Shown piece by piece: positions 32,128 through 41,038 of a stretch of DNA of 62,548 bases. Within the stretch, counting starts at the first letter, position 1. Each line of letters opens with the position of its first letter. Origin of the DNA: a virus. A program made the position numbers and the translations under genes. The stretch is from the IMG/VR virus record IMGVR_UViG_3300045988_075790; one strand, 5' to 3'. Under the pieces are notes generated by a model. The model ran no database searches, was not told where the DNA came from, and saw nothing but the letters and a program-made list of their open reading frames with translations.

Positions 32128-32158
32128 ACCAAAATAAACCACCAGAAACCATTTGGTT
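32127..32158. repeat. AACCA iterons at 10-bp phasing plus palindrome (origin candidate, part 1)
   Basis: AACCA at 32127, 32137 and 32147, followed by the inverted TGGTT (AAACCATTTGGTTT). Confidence 0.5.
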
Positions 32159-32184
32159 TTTGAAGTTAGAAAGGAGGTGGGCAG

Positions 32185-32997
32185 ATGGCGGACGAAATTG
32201 AGAATGCCCGCCCAAAAGGGCTGCTGATTCCGTTCGATAAGCTCAAACTCCTCGATATTCTGGATGATGCGGCATTCCGGCAAGTGTTTCGTGCTATGGC
32301 TGCTTATGTCAAAACCGGGACAGAAACGGATTGTCTGGAGCCTATCGAACAAGTTGCCTTTGAATCCATGAGGCCGTTCCTTGATGAGAATATAAAGACA
32401 TACCAACGTGCCGTTATTGCTCACAGGGAGGCCGGACGAAAGGGCGGCAGACCGAAGAAAAAGGAAGAAAACCAAGAGGCTTCCGAAGAAACCAAAGAAA
32501 ACCAAAAGGAACCAAATGGTTTTTCTGAGGAACCAAACGAAACCAATAGCCCCCAAAGTACAAAGTACAAAGTACAAAGTACAAACGATACTAACGTATC
32601 GGATACTGTTGTAGTAGTTAAGGGAAATTCGGTTGACGAAGACCTTGCGAAGATAGTACGGCACTATCAGGAAGTTGCTGGAGATTTTCCGAGGTCTGCA
32701 CTGGAGAGGCTGCAAAGCTGGAGGCAGACGTTCAGCACGGAGATGATTCTGCTGGCTATTGACCGAGCCGCTGAGTCAAACAGGCGGTCGTGGGCGTATA
32801 TCAATGGCATCTTGATGAACTGGCACCGGGATAATGTTCACACTCCCGGCGGCGTGGCTGCCCTTGATGAACAGCACCAGAGCCGCCAGCAACAAGGCAA
32901 CCGGGCTGGAAATGCCCGGAAGCCTGCTGAGGATGTAGGAAGCCAGCTCGACCGCGTACTGGCAAAGATGGACAAGGAAAGAGGGTTTGAACCGTGA
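32185..32997 (+). CDS. Replisome organizer (DnaD-domain-like C-terminus)
   Basis: 'MILLAIDRAAESNRRSWAYINGILMNWHRDNVHT' is DnaD/DnaB_2-like. Low-complexity linker carries the iterons. Confidence 0.6.
   Translation: MADEIENARPKGLLIPFDKLKLLDILDDAAFRQVFRAMAAYVKTGTETDCLEPIEQVAFESMRPFLDENIKTYQRAVIAHREAGRKGGRPKKKEENQEASEETKENQKEPNGFSEEPNETNSPQSTKYKVQSTNDTNVSDTVVVVKGNSVDEDLAKIVRHYQEVAGDFPRSALERLQSWRQTFSTEMILLAIDRAAESNRRSWAYINGILMNWHRDNVHTPGGVAALDEQHQSRQQQGNRAGNARKPAEDVGSQLDRVLAKMDKERGFEP
32470..32582. repeat. AACCAA iteron array and (AAAGTAC)x4 inside the organizer gene (origin candidate, part 2)
   Basis: AACCAA at 32470, 32490, 32500, 32510, 32531 and 32541 (spacings 20,10,10,21,10). AAAGTAC x4 at 32555..32582. 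Confidence 0.55.
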
Positions 32998-33569
32998 CGA
33001 AAGAAGATGCTGCAAAGCTCATCCAGATGAACTTCGTTCTGTATAAGCTCGGCTCGAAACCCCTGACCGATGCCGAGATGGAGATCATGCTGGATGTCTG
33101 GACGTACCAGTTCCGGGACTATCCCGGCGAGGTGGTCAAAAGGGCTTTTCTGGCCGCGAACAGGGTGTGTGTCTATCCCATCACTGTGGCCGATATCTTC
33201 AAGCAGCTTTCGCAGGCCATCAACCCGGATGCTGAGTGGTCCGCTCTGGCAGATGCCGCCCATAAGGCACAGAAGTACATCAGCTGGCGCAACTGGCCGA
33301 TGGTGGTAGGAATAGACGAACGCGGCGGTCTGATGCGGAGCGATGGCACAGAAGAGCTGAAGAAGCTGTTCGAGAGCCTGCCACCGGCAGCCAAAAAGTA
33401 TGCAGGCAGCGTTGGAGGGCTGGAAGAGCTGGCCCGAACGCCGGACCTTACATACCGCCGGGTGGAGTTCCTGAAGCAGGCGCAGGGTGATATTTCTACT
33501 ACGCCGAGGGAGGCTGCCCGCCTGAGAGCAGGGGCAACCCAGACCAGACTGGAGGCAGCCAATGGGTAA
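32994..33569 (+). CDS. G39P-like helicase loader (tentative)
   Basis: 'MLDVWTYQFRDYPGEVVKRAFLAANRVCVYPITVADIFKQL' resembles the G39P family 'W...L.dY....V..A......kfPP..adI' (from memory). Follows the organizer gene. Confidence 0.5.
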   Translation: MTKEDAAKLIQMNFVLYKLGSKPLTDAEMEIMLDVWTYQFRDYPGEVVKRAFLAANRVCVYPITVADIFKQLSQAINPDAEWSALADAAHKAQKYISWRNWPMVVGIDERGGLMRSDGTEELKKLFESLPPAAKKYAGSVGGLEELARTPDLTYRRVEFLKQAQGDISTTPREAARLRAGATQTRLEAANG

Positions 33570-33747
33570 GTTCAGGGTTTTAGTGGAGTGCCGCAACGAA
33601 GGCGGTACAGACCTCCACTGCTGGGATAATGTGCAGGCGGTCAACGAGAAGGACGCTGAGCACAAGGCTGTGGAGATGGCCAGAAGGTATTACCCGGAAT
33701 TTGATGAGTTCGAGCCTGTGCGGGTCGAACCATCCCGGTGGAGGTGA
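33562..33747 (+). CDS. Hypothetical protein
   Basis: 61-aa coupled ORF. Confidence 0.45.
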   Translation: MGKFRVLVECRNEGGTDLHCWDNVQAVNEKDAEHKAVEMARRYYPEFDEFEPVRVEPSRWR

Positions 33748-33753
33748 CAGGCG

Positions 33754-34044
33754 ATGGAAGTTGAGCAGCTTTCCTTGTTCGAGTTGGCCGCTGGGCCTGC
33801 TGTTGGGCCTGCTTTGGCCGTGTGCTGCATGGATGGCCGCAGCTTCCATGCTGAGCCTGCGGAAAGCTGGATGCGGCGACTTGTGAGCGGAGCGGAGTAT
33901 TTCATTCTTGCTGGAGGGCACCAGATGGCACTCAGACCTACACAGAAGCCTTCTGAGGGCATTCCAGCCGGTCACGAGTATTATCACTACTCCGTGGGCG
34001 AAAGCCTCTACACAGGCATCTTTGTTGGGAGGGACAGCGCATGA
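33754..34044 (+). CDS. Hypothetical protein
   Basis: 96 aa, SD ggtggagg. Confidence 0.5.
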   Translation: MEVEQLSLFELAAGPAVGPALAVCCMDGRSFHAEPAESWMRRLVSGAEYFILAGGHQMALRPTQKPSEGIPAGHEYYHYSVGESLYTGIFVGRDSA

Positions 34045-34211
34045 CCATGACGTACAAAATCGCCTTTGCTGACCTCGGTTGGTATGAGGTGAAGGCTGAG
34101 AACCGGAAAGAGGCTGAGGAAGTGGCCCTTTTCGCTGCCCGGAACTTCCACCCGGAGCTTCCTGCTGAGAAGCTGAAAATCGAAAAAACAGAGGTGTTAC
34201 ACAATGGATGA
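34041..34211 (+). CDS. Hypothetical small protein
   Basis: 56 aa, hand-translated (MTMTYKIAFADLGWYEVKAENRKEAEE...). ATGA coupling. Confidence 0.45.
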   Translation: MTMTYKIAFADLGWYEVKAENRKEAEEVALFAARNFHPELPAEKLKIEKTEVLHNG

Positions 34212-34695
34212 AGAAAAGAAGGTCTCGGAGATTTTGCCCCCGACTGAGATTCTGGCGCAGATGTCCGAAGAGTATTCCGAAGGTGCGCAGGCCGCGCTGA
34301 AGCTGCGCCGCGCTCTGGATGGCACGAACCCTACTCCCAAGACCATCGAAGAGTGCTGGGAGAATCTGAAAGAGGAGTTCGGGGATGTCCTGAACAGCAT
34401 CTATGCCCTGCTGGGCGAGCCTGTGAACGGCTTTGCCATGCAGGAGTTTTACGAAGAATGCTGGGAGAAGGCACAGGAAAAATACCCACGCTGGAAGAAA
34501 CGTCTTGCGGAGCGCAAGAATGTTGCCGTACTGGGCTGGCCTGTCTGCCAGAACTGCGGCAGGCCGATGGTTATGTGCCAGCCGCCGGAGATTCTGGCCG
34601 GGGTGAAGTATCTGCATTATTGCTGCCCTGTCTGCTACAACCAGAGCTGCAGCCGGAAGATGCTGGAGCCTGAGGAGGTGCAGACGAATGACTGA
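34204..34695 (+). CDS. MazG-like NTP pyrophosphohydrolase domain + Cys4 zinc ribbon (tentative)
   Basis: 'MSEEYSEGAQAALKLRRAL...LKEEFGDVLNSIYALLG' is MazG-like. C-terminal CxxC...CxxC. Confidence 0.4.
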   Translation: MDEEKKVSEILPPTEILAQMSEEYSEGAQAALKLRRALDGTNPTPKTIEECWENLKEEFGDVLNSIYALLGEPVNGFAMQEFYEECWEKAQEKYPRWKKRLAERKNVAVLGWPVCQNCGRPMVMCQPPEILAGVKYLHYCCPVCYNQSCSRKMLEPEEVQTND

Positions 34696-34948
34696 GAGAA
34701 GGACCGGCCTTTTTAAGTGCCGCAACTGCGGATGTATCTTCGAGGAAAAAGTGGATGTCACGCAGGCTGTGAACTGGGCCATCAAAGACATTACCGAAAC
34801 TCTGGGAGGAGACGGTATTACAAGCGTATTCCACGGGTCGTTCCTTCCTGATCGGTTTATCATCCACTGGTGCAAAAAGGATAAGGCTTGCATCTGCGAC
34901 CTTATCGGCTGGAAGGTCGGAGAGGAGGCGCAGGACGATGGCAAATGA
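34688..34948 (+). CDS. Hypothetical Cys-rich protein
   Basis: 86 aa, 'FKCRNCGC'. Confidence 0.45.
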   Translation: MTERRTGLFKCRNCGCIFEEKVDVTQAVNWAIKDITETLGGDGITSVFHGSFLPDRFIIHWCKKDKACICDLIGWKVGEEAQDDGK

Positions 34949-35276
34949 TGTTCGCCCTGTGGATGCCAATGAGCTGCTGAAGCAGGCCATCTACTGCAAA
35001 GAGGAGGACGGCTCAGGCGTGTATGCCGTGCCCATCAACTGCATCTTCGCCGCTCCAACTTTGGAGGTGGAGCCTTCCGAAAAGCCCACATGGAACACCC
35101 CTGACAAGAAGCCTACCAAAGAGGACGCGGACGAAAATGGCTGTGTTATGGCTGTCCATAAAAACTGGACTGGCGAGGCCAGCAAATGGCTGTTCTCTGT
35201 CGTGGCAAACCACCCTGAAAATTTTTACTGCTGGTTCCCGCTGGCCGTACCGCCGGAGGCACTGAAAGATGGCTGA
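34938..35276 (+). CDS. DUF551-like protein
   Basis: C-terminal 'FYCWFPLAVPPE'. Confidence 0.45.
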   Translation: MANDVRPVDANELLKQAIYCKEEDGSGVYAVPINCIFAAPTLEVEPSEKPTWNTPDKKPTKEDADENGCVMAVHKNWTGEASKWLFSVVANHPENFYCWFPLAVPPEALKDG

Positions 35277-35640
35277 GGGAAAGAAGATCATCCGGCTGGT
35301 CGATGTTGGCGAACTGGAAGCTGACCTCAAAAAAGACCTCGCAGAAGAGGAAGCCAAGGGCAAGGCTGCCGACATCCTGTTCTGCGAGAGCATCGAAGAT
35401 GAGCTGTCCGATCTCGAAAAACTTCCTACAATCGACCCGAAAACGCTGCGGCCTGTGGCACACTGGGAGGAAATTCCCGGCTCCTATGAGGTCTGTGCCG
35501 GGAAAAACGGCTCATGGTGTGTACCAGCAACTCGTTGCTCGAACCCGGAATGTGGAGAGGTCAATCCGTGTGGCCTCAAAACGCCGTTTTGTCCGATGTG
35601 TGGATTCAGAATGGAGGATGTACCATATGACGATGATTGA
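35269..35640 (+). CDS. Hypothetical zinc-ribbon protein
   Basis: 'CSNPECGEVNPCGLKTPFCPMCG'. Confidence 0.5.
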   Translation: MAEGKKIIRLVDVGELEADLKKDLAEEEAKGKAADILFCESIEDELSDLEKLPTIDPKTLRPVAHWEEIPGSYEVCAGKNGSWCVPATRCSNPECGEVNPCGLKTPFCPMCGFRMEDVPYDDD

Positions 35641-36079
35641 CCGTGACGAGCTGCTCAAGCACGAAGTTATGATTATCACCAAGGGTAACGCTGCTTTTCA
35701 TGGCGTTCCGTCCTCACTTATCGAGACGGCCCCGGTTATTGACATCAAGAACCTGCAGCCCGTATGGAGAGACCCGGAAACCGACCCGCCCAAGGTCGAA
35801 ACCGAAGTGCTGGTGCTGGTTGATTGTGGAAAAGGCTACTGCATCACAACGGCCTTTTATGAGGACGGAACTGTTTCTCAGTACGAAAGCCTCTGGCAGT
35901 GGGAAGATGTCGATGATTACGGCATTTATGACGAAGAAGATGATTTGTATAGGCTCCCGAAAGGCTGGTGGGAATACCGCCACTTTACACCAGAAGATGC
36001 ACTGGAATGTCCGATAGCTAAGCCGGTCGTAGGCTGGATGCCGCTTCCGGAGAAGCCGAAAAAGGAGGGCGTGGCATGA
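35627..36079 (+). CDS. DUF551-like protein
   Basis: C-terminal 'VVGWMPLPEKP'. Internal ATG 35627 of the track ORF. Confidence 0.5.
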   Translation: MTMIDRDELLKHEVMIITKGNAAFHGVPSSLIETAPVIDIKNLQPVWRDPETDPPKVETEVLVLVDCGKGYCITTAFYEDGTVSQYESLWQWEDVDDYGIYDEEDDLYRLPKGWWEYRHFTPEDALECPIAKPVVGWMPLPEKPKKEGVA

Positions 36080-36420
36080 GCAAGCGGAAATATCTTGAGG
36101 CTGAAACCCTGAAGCAACATCTTTTCGCGGAGGCCACTCTGGGCTACATCAAGACATTGGCTGACGTGGATAGGGTTATTGATGCCCTGCCTGAAGCTGA
36201 CCCGCAGGAAATGGCCCGCCAGCTCTGGAGAGACGCAAAGAAAGACCCGCCTGACCCGAATGTTGATGTCATCGTGTACTGTTCTGATGGTGCTATCTTG
36301 ACCGCATTCATGTATGACAGCGGAGATTGGGCTGAGAACAGAGAGTGCATTCCTCTGGATGATGTTACCCACTGGATGCCTAACATCACAGGCCCTGAAC
36401 TGGAGGAACCTGAAGCATGA
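36076..36420 (+). CDS. DUF551-like protein
   Basis: 'DDVTHWMPNITGPE'. Confidence 0.5.
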   Translation: MSKRKYLEAETLKQHLFAEATLGYIKTLADVDRVIDALPEADPQEMARQLWRDAKKDPPDPNVDVIVYCSDGAILTAFMYDSGDWAENRECIPLDDVTHWMPNITGPELEEPEA

Positions 36421-37068
36421 AAGTTTTGATAGCCTGCGAGGAGAGCCAAGAGGTTTGCAAGGCTTTCCGAGCACGAGGGCATGAAGCATACTCTTGCGAC
36501 ATTCAGGAACCATCTGGCGGTCACCCGGAATGGCACATCCTTGGCGATGCTCTGTTGCCCCTGAGGGGGGGGGCAAATTGAGACGATGGATGATAAAGGG
36601 CATTACATTGATGCTTGGGACTTGCTCATTGCGCACCCGCCCTGCACATACCTGAGCAATGCCGGCGCACGGCATCTCTGGAAAGGGCACCAGCTTCAAG
36701 CTGACCGCGTGATGTTGGGCATTCAGGGCCGCGACCTGTTTATGCGGTTCTGGTGGGCAGATGTGCCGAGAATCTGCGTGGAAAATCCCGTGCCGAGTAA
36801 GGTTTTCTGTCTGCCACCGTATACGCAAGCTGTGCAGCCGTATGAGTATGGACACCCATACAGCAAGAAAACTTGCCTTTGGCTGAAGGCTCTGCCGCCA
36901 CTATTCCCGACCGATATTGTGGAGCCTGTGGCTACATGGTGTCCGTCCTGTTCTTACGCACATAAGCATGATGAGCGCAACAAGGGTATGTTTACCACTG
37001 ACCGCGCTAAAAATCGAGCAAAAACATTCCCCGGAGTTGCGAAAGCTATGTCTGAGCAGTGGGGATAA
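36417..37068 (+). pseudogene. DNA methyltransferase-like gene ('MKVLIACEESQ...AHPPCTYLSNAG' family) split by a G9 homopolymer
   Basis: N-terminal 54 codons (36417..36581) stop just after G9 (36565..36573). The C-terminal ORF 36586..37068 is in the +1 frame. G8 would give one 216-codon ORF reading ...LRGGQIETMDDKGHYIDAWDLLIAHPPCTYLS. Confidence 0.6.
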
Positions 37069-37084
37069 CAGGAGGAAAAGAACA

Positions 37085-37408
37085 ATGGGCAAATTCGGAA
37101 GCCACCAGCCGCGAGGAAAAGCGGTGATGACCACCAATATGAGGAAGATCGTGCGGCAGAATCAGCTCTGCGGCTTTCTCATGGCTCTGGATGGCATTGC
37201 CATCACATGGGGTGCCCTGATTCAGAATCTGCGGTGTGAGCTTGGCCTGACCGATGAGCAGGTGCAGAAGATCATCCGCGTTGGCGACAGGTACTGGGAG
37301 ATGGTCGGAGAGTTCAAGAACGAGGGCATGGCCCCGGAAGAGTTTGCAGAGTATCTCGAAGCAAAATCCGCACAGGTCGAAAAGGACTTACGGGAGATGT
37401 GGACATGA
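37085..37408 (+). CDS. Hypothetical protein
   Basis: 107 aa, SD aggagga. Confidence 0.5.
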   Translation: MGKFGSHQPRGKAVMTTNMRKIVRQNQLCGFLMALDGIAITWGALIQNLRCELGLTDEQVQKIIRVGDRYWEMVGEFKNEGMAPEEFAEYLEAKSAQVEKDLREMWT

Positions 37409-37719
37409 GCAACGAAAAAGAGCTGGTGCTGTTCTGCCGGGCAGACGGCAAGTGGGCTGTCTATGATGATACCTACGACATCACCATTCACTGTGAATCC
37501 CAGCAAGAGCAGGACAAGGCGATGGAGCTGCTGCGCAAGGCAAACCAAGATGCCTGTGAGGAGATGAGCCTCAAAGAAATGGCCCGTTGCCTGATGGGTG
37601 CTTGCCACTGCCATTTGGAGGTCGGAAACGGCTGCCCGGGGTGCCCGTTTGATAAGCCAACCAGCAATGATGGCGATGGAGAATGCCGCCTCGGTGTTCC
37701 TTCCGACTGGGACATCTGA
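37405..37719 (+). CDS. Hypothetical protein
   Basis: 104 aa, SD gggaga. Confidence 0.5.
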   Translation: MSNEKELVLFCRADGKWAVYDDTYDITIHCESQQEQDKAMELLRKANQDACEEMSLKEMARCLMGACHCHLEVGNGCPGCPFDKPTSNDGDGECRLGVPSDWDI

Positions 37720-37731
37720 GGAGGCTGCCGG

Positions 37732-38028
37732 ATGAAGTGCAATGTGAATATCCCAGAAGCCTGCCCTTTTTGCGGCAGGCAGCTCCAGCAGGAAAGCAAA
37801 GACTTTGCCCTGCTGGATGAGCAGAGCAAACCGATTGGCAAGTTCTGTCACATCTACTGGAGGCACCCGACTACCACCGACTGCATCTTGGGTGACTGCA
37901 ATGTGACCTACGAGCCGGACGGCATCGAGAGAACCCAAGGCTATTCCTTCTCGAACACGCCTGACGAAATCAGGAAGTGGAACAAGAGGAGCCTGAGCTG
38001 GGACATGAATAAAGCCAAATGGAGATGA
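37732..38028 (+). CDS. Second Lar-like zinc-ribbon protein (tentative)
   Basis: 'ACPFCGRQL...' and a terminal 'IRKWNKRS' pattern. Confidence 0.45.
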   Translation: MKCNVNIPEACPFCGRQLQQESKDFALLDEQSKPIGKFCHIYWRHPTTTDCILGDCNVTYEPDGIERTQGYSFSNTPDEIRKWNKRSLSWDMNKAKWR

Positions 38029-38032
38029 TAAA

Positions 38033-38338
38033 ATGGACCGAATTTTCTGCGAGAGGCTGAAAGCCTGCCGTGTGGCTGCCGGCCTGAGCCAGAAAGAGCT
38101 TGCGTATAGGCTGGGAACTGATTTTCAGGTTGTGAGCTTGTACGAGAGAGGTGGCGCAATGCCTGGCATTGAAGCTATCCGCAAGTTTGCGGAAGCTCTG
38201 GGCGTGTCTGCCGGGTATCTGATTGACAGGATGCCGCCGCGCCGTGTTGATGTCTGCCCCTGCTGTGGGGCAAAGCTGGAGCCTCAGAAAGGGGGTGTGC
38301 GTTATGAACTACCGCGAGTTTCTGGAGCGGAAAATTGA
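38033..38338 (+). CDS. XRE-type HTH + C-terminal CxxC regulator
   Basis: 'LKACRVAAGLSQKELAYRLGTDFQVVSLYERG'. Overlaps the start of the helicase-methylase gene. Confidence 0.6.
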   Translation: MDRIFCERLKACRVAAGLSQKELAYRLGTDFQVVSLYERGGAMPGIEAIRKFAEALGVSAGYLIDRMPPRRVDVCPCCGAKLEPQKGGVRYELPRVSGAEN

Positions 38339-40805
38339 CATCGCGCCCATGTCTGGCATTGAGATTGACCCGTCCGAGGTCAACCCTGTGCTGAAAGACC
38401 ACCAGCGCGTCAGTGTCCTGTGGGCACTTCGTGGGGGCCGCAGGGGTATCTTTGCCAGGTTTGGTCTGGGAAAGACCGTCATGCAACTCGAATGGTGCCG
38501 CCTCCTGCAGAAGCATGAGGGTGGACAGGTGCTCATCGTGATGCCCCTGAACGTGCTGCCTGAGTTCAAGGCAGATGCTGTGAATCTGCTGGGGATGGCC
38601 GAACCTCCCTACTGCCGCACGATGGCAGAGGTGGAGGCCAGTAACGCACCCATTGTCCTGACGAACTATGAGCGTGTCCGAGATGGTGACATTGACCCTC
38701 ACCGCTTTACTGCTGTTTCTCTGGATGAGGCGGCCACCTTGCGCAGTTTCGGCAGCAAAACGTACCAGAGCTTTATGCTGAAGTTCAAAGGGGTCAAGTA
38801 TAAGTTGACCAATACGGCCACGCCTTCCCCGAACCGGTATAAAGAGCTGATTCACTACGCAGGATTTCTGGAGGTTATGGACACTGGGCAGGCCCTTACC
38901 CGTTTTTTCAAGCGAGATTCCACCAAGGCGAACAACCTGACCCTTTATCCGGGCCGCGAACGCGAGTTCTGGATTTGGTGCGCCAGCTGGGGGCTGTTCC
39001 TCCAGAAACCTTCCGACCTTGGCTTTTCGGATGAAGGGTACGCCCTGCCCCCGATGGACATCCAATACCACAAGCTCACCAGTCTTGACCGCCCTGCGGA
39101 GTTTGAGGCTGACGGCCAGATGAAGCTCGGCCATGATGCGGCGATGGGGCTGTCTGATGCCGCCAAAGAGAAGCGAGACAGTATTGACATCCGTGCTGCT
39201 GAGGTGGCCCGCATCATTGCTGAGGCTCCTGCCGATGAGCATTTTGTGGTCTGGCACGACCTCGAAGATGAGCGCAAGGCCCTCAAAAAGGCTGTGCCTG
39301 AGATGGTGGACATCTATGGCAGCATGGAGCTGGAGGCCCGCGAGCAGCGCGTCATGGATTTTGCGCAGGGCCGCACCCGCATCTTTGGCACGAAAAAGAG
39401 CCTGTCCGGCTCTGGATGCAATTTCCAAAGGTTCTGCCACCGGGCAATCTTCATGGGCATCGACTATGAATTTAACGACTTCATCCAAGCCATCCACCGC
39501 ATCTACCGCTTCCTGCAGAAGGCCCCCGTCATCATCGACATCTTGTATATGGACACTGAAACGGAGGTTCTGCTGGCCCTCCAGCGCAAGTGGCGGCAGT
39601 ATGATGAGCTGAGCGAGAAGATGGAAGAGATCATCAAGGAATACGGCCTCGGCAGCCTTGCTCTGGAGGCCCTGAAACGAACGATAGGATGTGAGCGTGT
39701 GGAAGTTAAGGGAAACAATTATACGGCCATCAACAACGACTGCGTGGAAGAGGTGCGGAGCTGGCCGACAGACAGCATCGACCTATATGTGACCTCTATT
39801 CCGTTCGGCAACCACTATGAGTACAGCCCCAGCTACAACGACTTCGGACACAACCCGAACGATGATGAGTTCTTCAAGCAGATGGACTTCCTCACCCCTG
39901 AGCTGCTGCGGACTCTGAAGCCGGGCCGCGTGGCTGCGATTCATGTCAAAGACCGCGTGGAGTTCGCCAATGTCACCGGGCTGGCCGCGCCTACCATTGA
40001 GCCGTTCCATGCTGACTGCATTGCCCATTTCCGGAAGCATGGCTTTGCGTACTTTGGGATGATTACCGTAGTCACGGATGTTGTCCGGGAGAATAATCAG
40101 ACCTACAGACTCGGCTGGACTGAGCAGTGCAAAGATGGCACAAAAATGGGCGTTGGATGCCCTGAGTACATCTTGCTGTTCCGCAAGCTGCCTACCGACC
40201 GCAGCCGCGGCTATGCTGATACCCCCGTGAAGAAGTCCAAAGAGGAGTACACCCGCGCACAGTGGCAGATTGACGCCCATGCTTTCTGGCGTTCCAGCGG
40301 TGACCGGCCTTTTACCCGGGAAGAACTGGAGAAGATACCCACCTCGAAGTTGCAGGCGGTCTACCGAAAATTCAGCCGTGATACCGTCTATTCTTACGCT
40401 GAGCACGTCAAATTGGCCGAAAGTCTGGATAAAGACGGGCGGCTGCCTTCCACCTTCATGGTTGTCGCCCCGGGAAGCTGGGACATGACGGTCTGGGATG
40501 ATATTGTGCGTATGCGCACCCTGAATACCTCCCAGAGCCAGCGGCGGCAGAACCTTCATGTTTGCCCTCTCCAGCTGGATATTGTGCAGCGGCTGATTGA
40601 GCGGTACTCCAACGAGGGCGAGCTGGTAGCTGACCCCTTTGCAGGGCTGTTCACTGTGCCCTATGAGGCCGTGAAGCTGGGCCGCCGCGGTAAAGGCGTA
40701 GAGCTGAACCCTGACTATTTCCGGGACGGTGTGGGCTATCTGGAGAGCGCAGACGCTGAGCGCGATGCGCCCACCCTGTTTGACCTGTTGGAGAATGGAG
40801 CGTGA
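38304..40805 (+). CDS. SNF2-type helicase fused to N4/N6 DNA methyltransferase
   Basis: 'GLGKT' Walker A, 'SLDEAA' DEAD-like box, 'SIPFGNHYEY' (motif IV-like) and 'ADPFAGLFTVPYEA' (motif I). ATG 38304 after gggggtg. Confidence 0.8.
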   Translation: MNYREFLERKIDIAPMSGIEIDPSEVNPVLKDHQRVSVLWALRGGRRGIFARFGLGKTVMQLEWCRLLQKHEGGQVLIVMPLNVLPEFKADAVNLLGMAEPPYCRTMAEVEASNAPIVLTNYERVRDGDIDPHRFTAVSLDEAATLRSFGSKTYQSFMLKFKGVKYKLTNTATPSPNRYKELIHYAGFLEVMDTGQALTRFFKRDSTKANNLTLYPGREREFWIWCASWGLFLQKPSDLGFSDEGYALPPMDIQYHKLTSLDRPAEFEADGQMKLGHDAAMGLSDAAKEKRDSIDIRAAEVARIIAEAPADEHFVVWHDLEDERKALKKAVPEMVDIYGSMELEAREQRVMDFAQGRTRIFGTKKSLSGSGCNFQRFCHRAIFMGIDYEFNDFIQAIHRIYRFLQKAPVIIDILYMDTETEVLLALQRKWRQYDELSEKMEEIIKEYGLGSLALEALKRTIGCERVEVKGNNYTAINNDCVEEVRSWPTDSIDLYVTSIPFGNHYEYSPSYNDFGHNPNDDEFFKQMDFLTPELLRTLKPGRVAAIHVKDRVEFANVTGLAAPTIEPFHADCIAHFRKHGFAYFGMITVVTDVVRENNQTYRLGWTEQCKDGTKMGVGCPEYILLFRKLPTDRSRGYADTPVKKSKEEYTRAQWQIDAHAFWRSSGDRPFTREELEKIPTSKLQAVYRKFSRDTVYSYAEHVKLAESLDKDGRLPSTFMVVAPGSWDMTVWDDIVRMRTLNTSQSQRRQNLHVCPLQLDIVQRLIERYSNEGELVADPFAGLFTVPYEAVKLGRRGKGVELNPDYFRDGVGYLESADAERDAPTLFDLLENGA

Positions 40806-40809
40806 CCCG

Positions 40810-41037
40810 ATGAACCGTGACAATGATATGGGCCGGAATGCTGAGCATTACGCCGACCCGACCCCCGCCGCAGCCATGAAGAACATCCGCAAGGAAGAAC
40901 GCCAGAAAGATGCCGCAACCATGCTGCAAATCAGCATCCTCGTGCCCCTGCTGCGTCAGGTGGCCGACCTTGCAGGATTTGAGATTCTGGGCCGAATCCC
41001 CCTGAGAGATAAGGCCACCGGGAAGGAGTGGCGATAA
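40810..41037 (+). CDS. Hypothetical protein
   Basis: 75-aa coupled ORF. Confidence 0.5.
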   Translation: MNRDNDMGRNAEHYADPTPAAAMKNIRKEERQKDAATMLQISILVPLLRQVADLAGFEILGRIPLRDKATGKEWR

Positions 41038-41038
41038 C

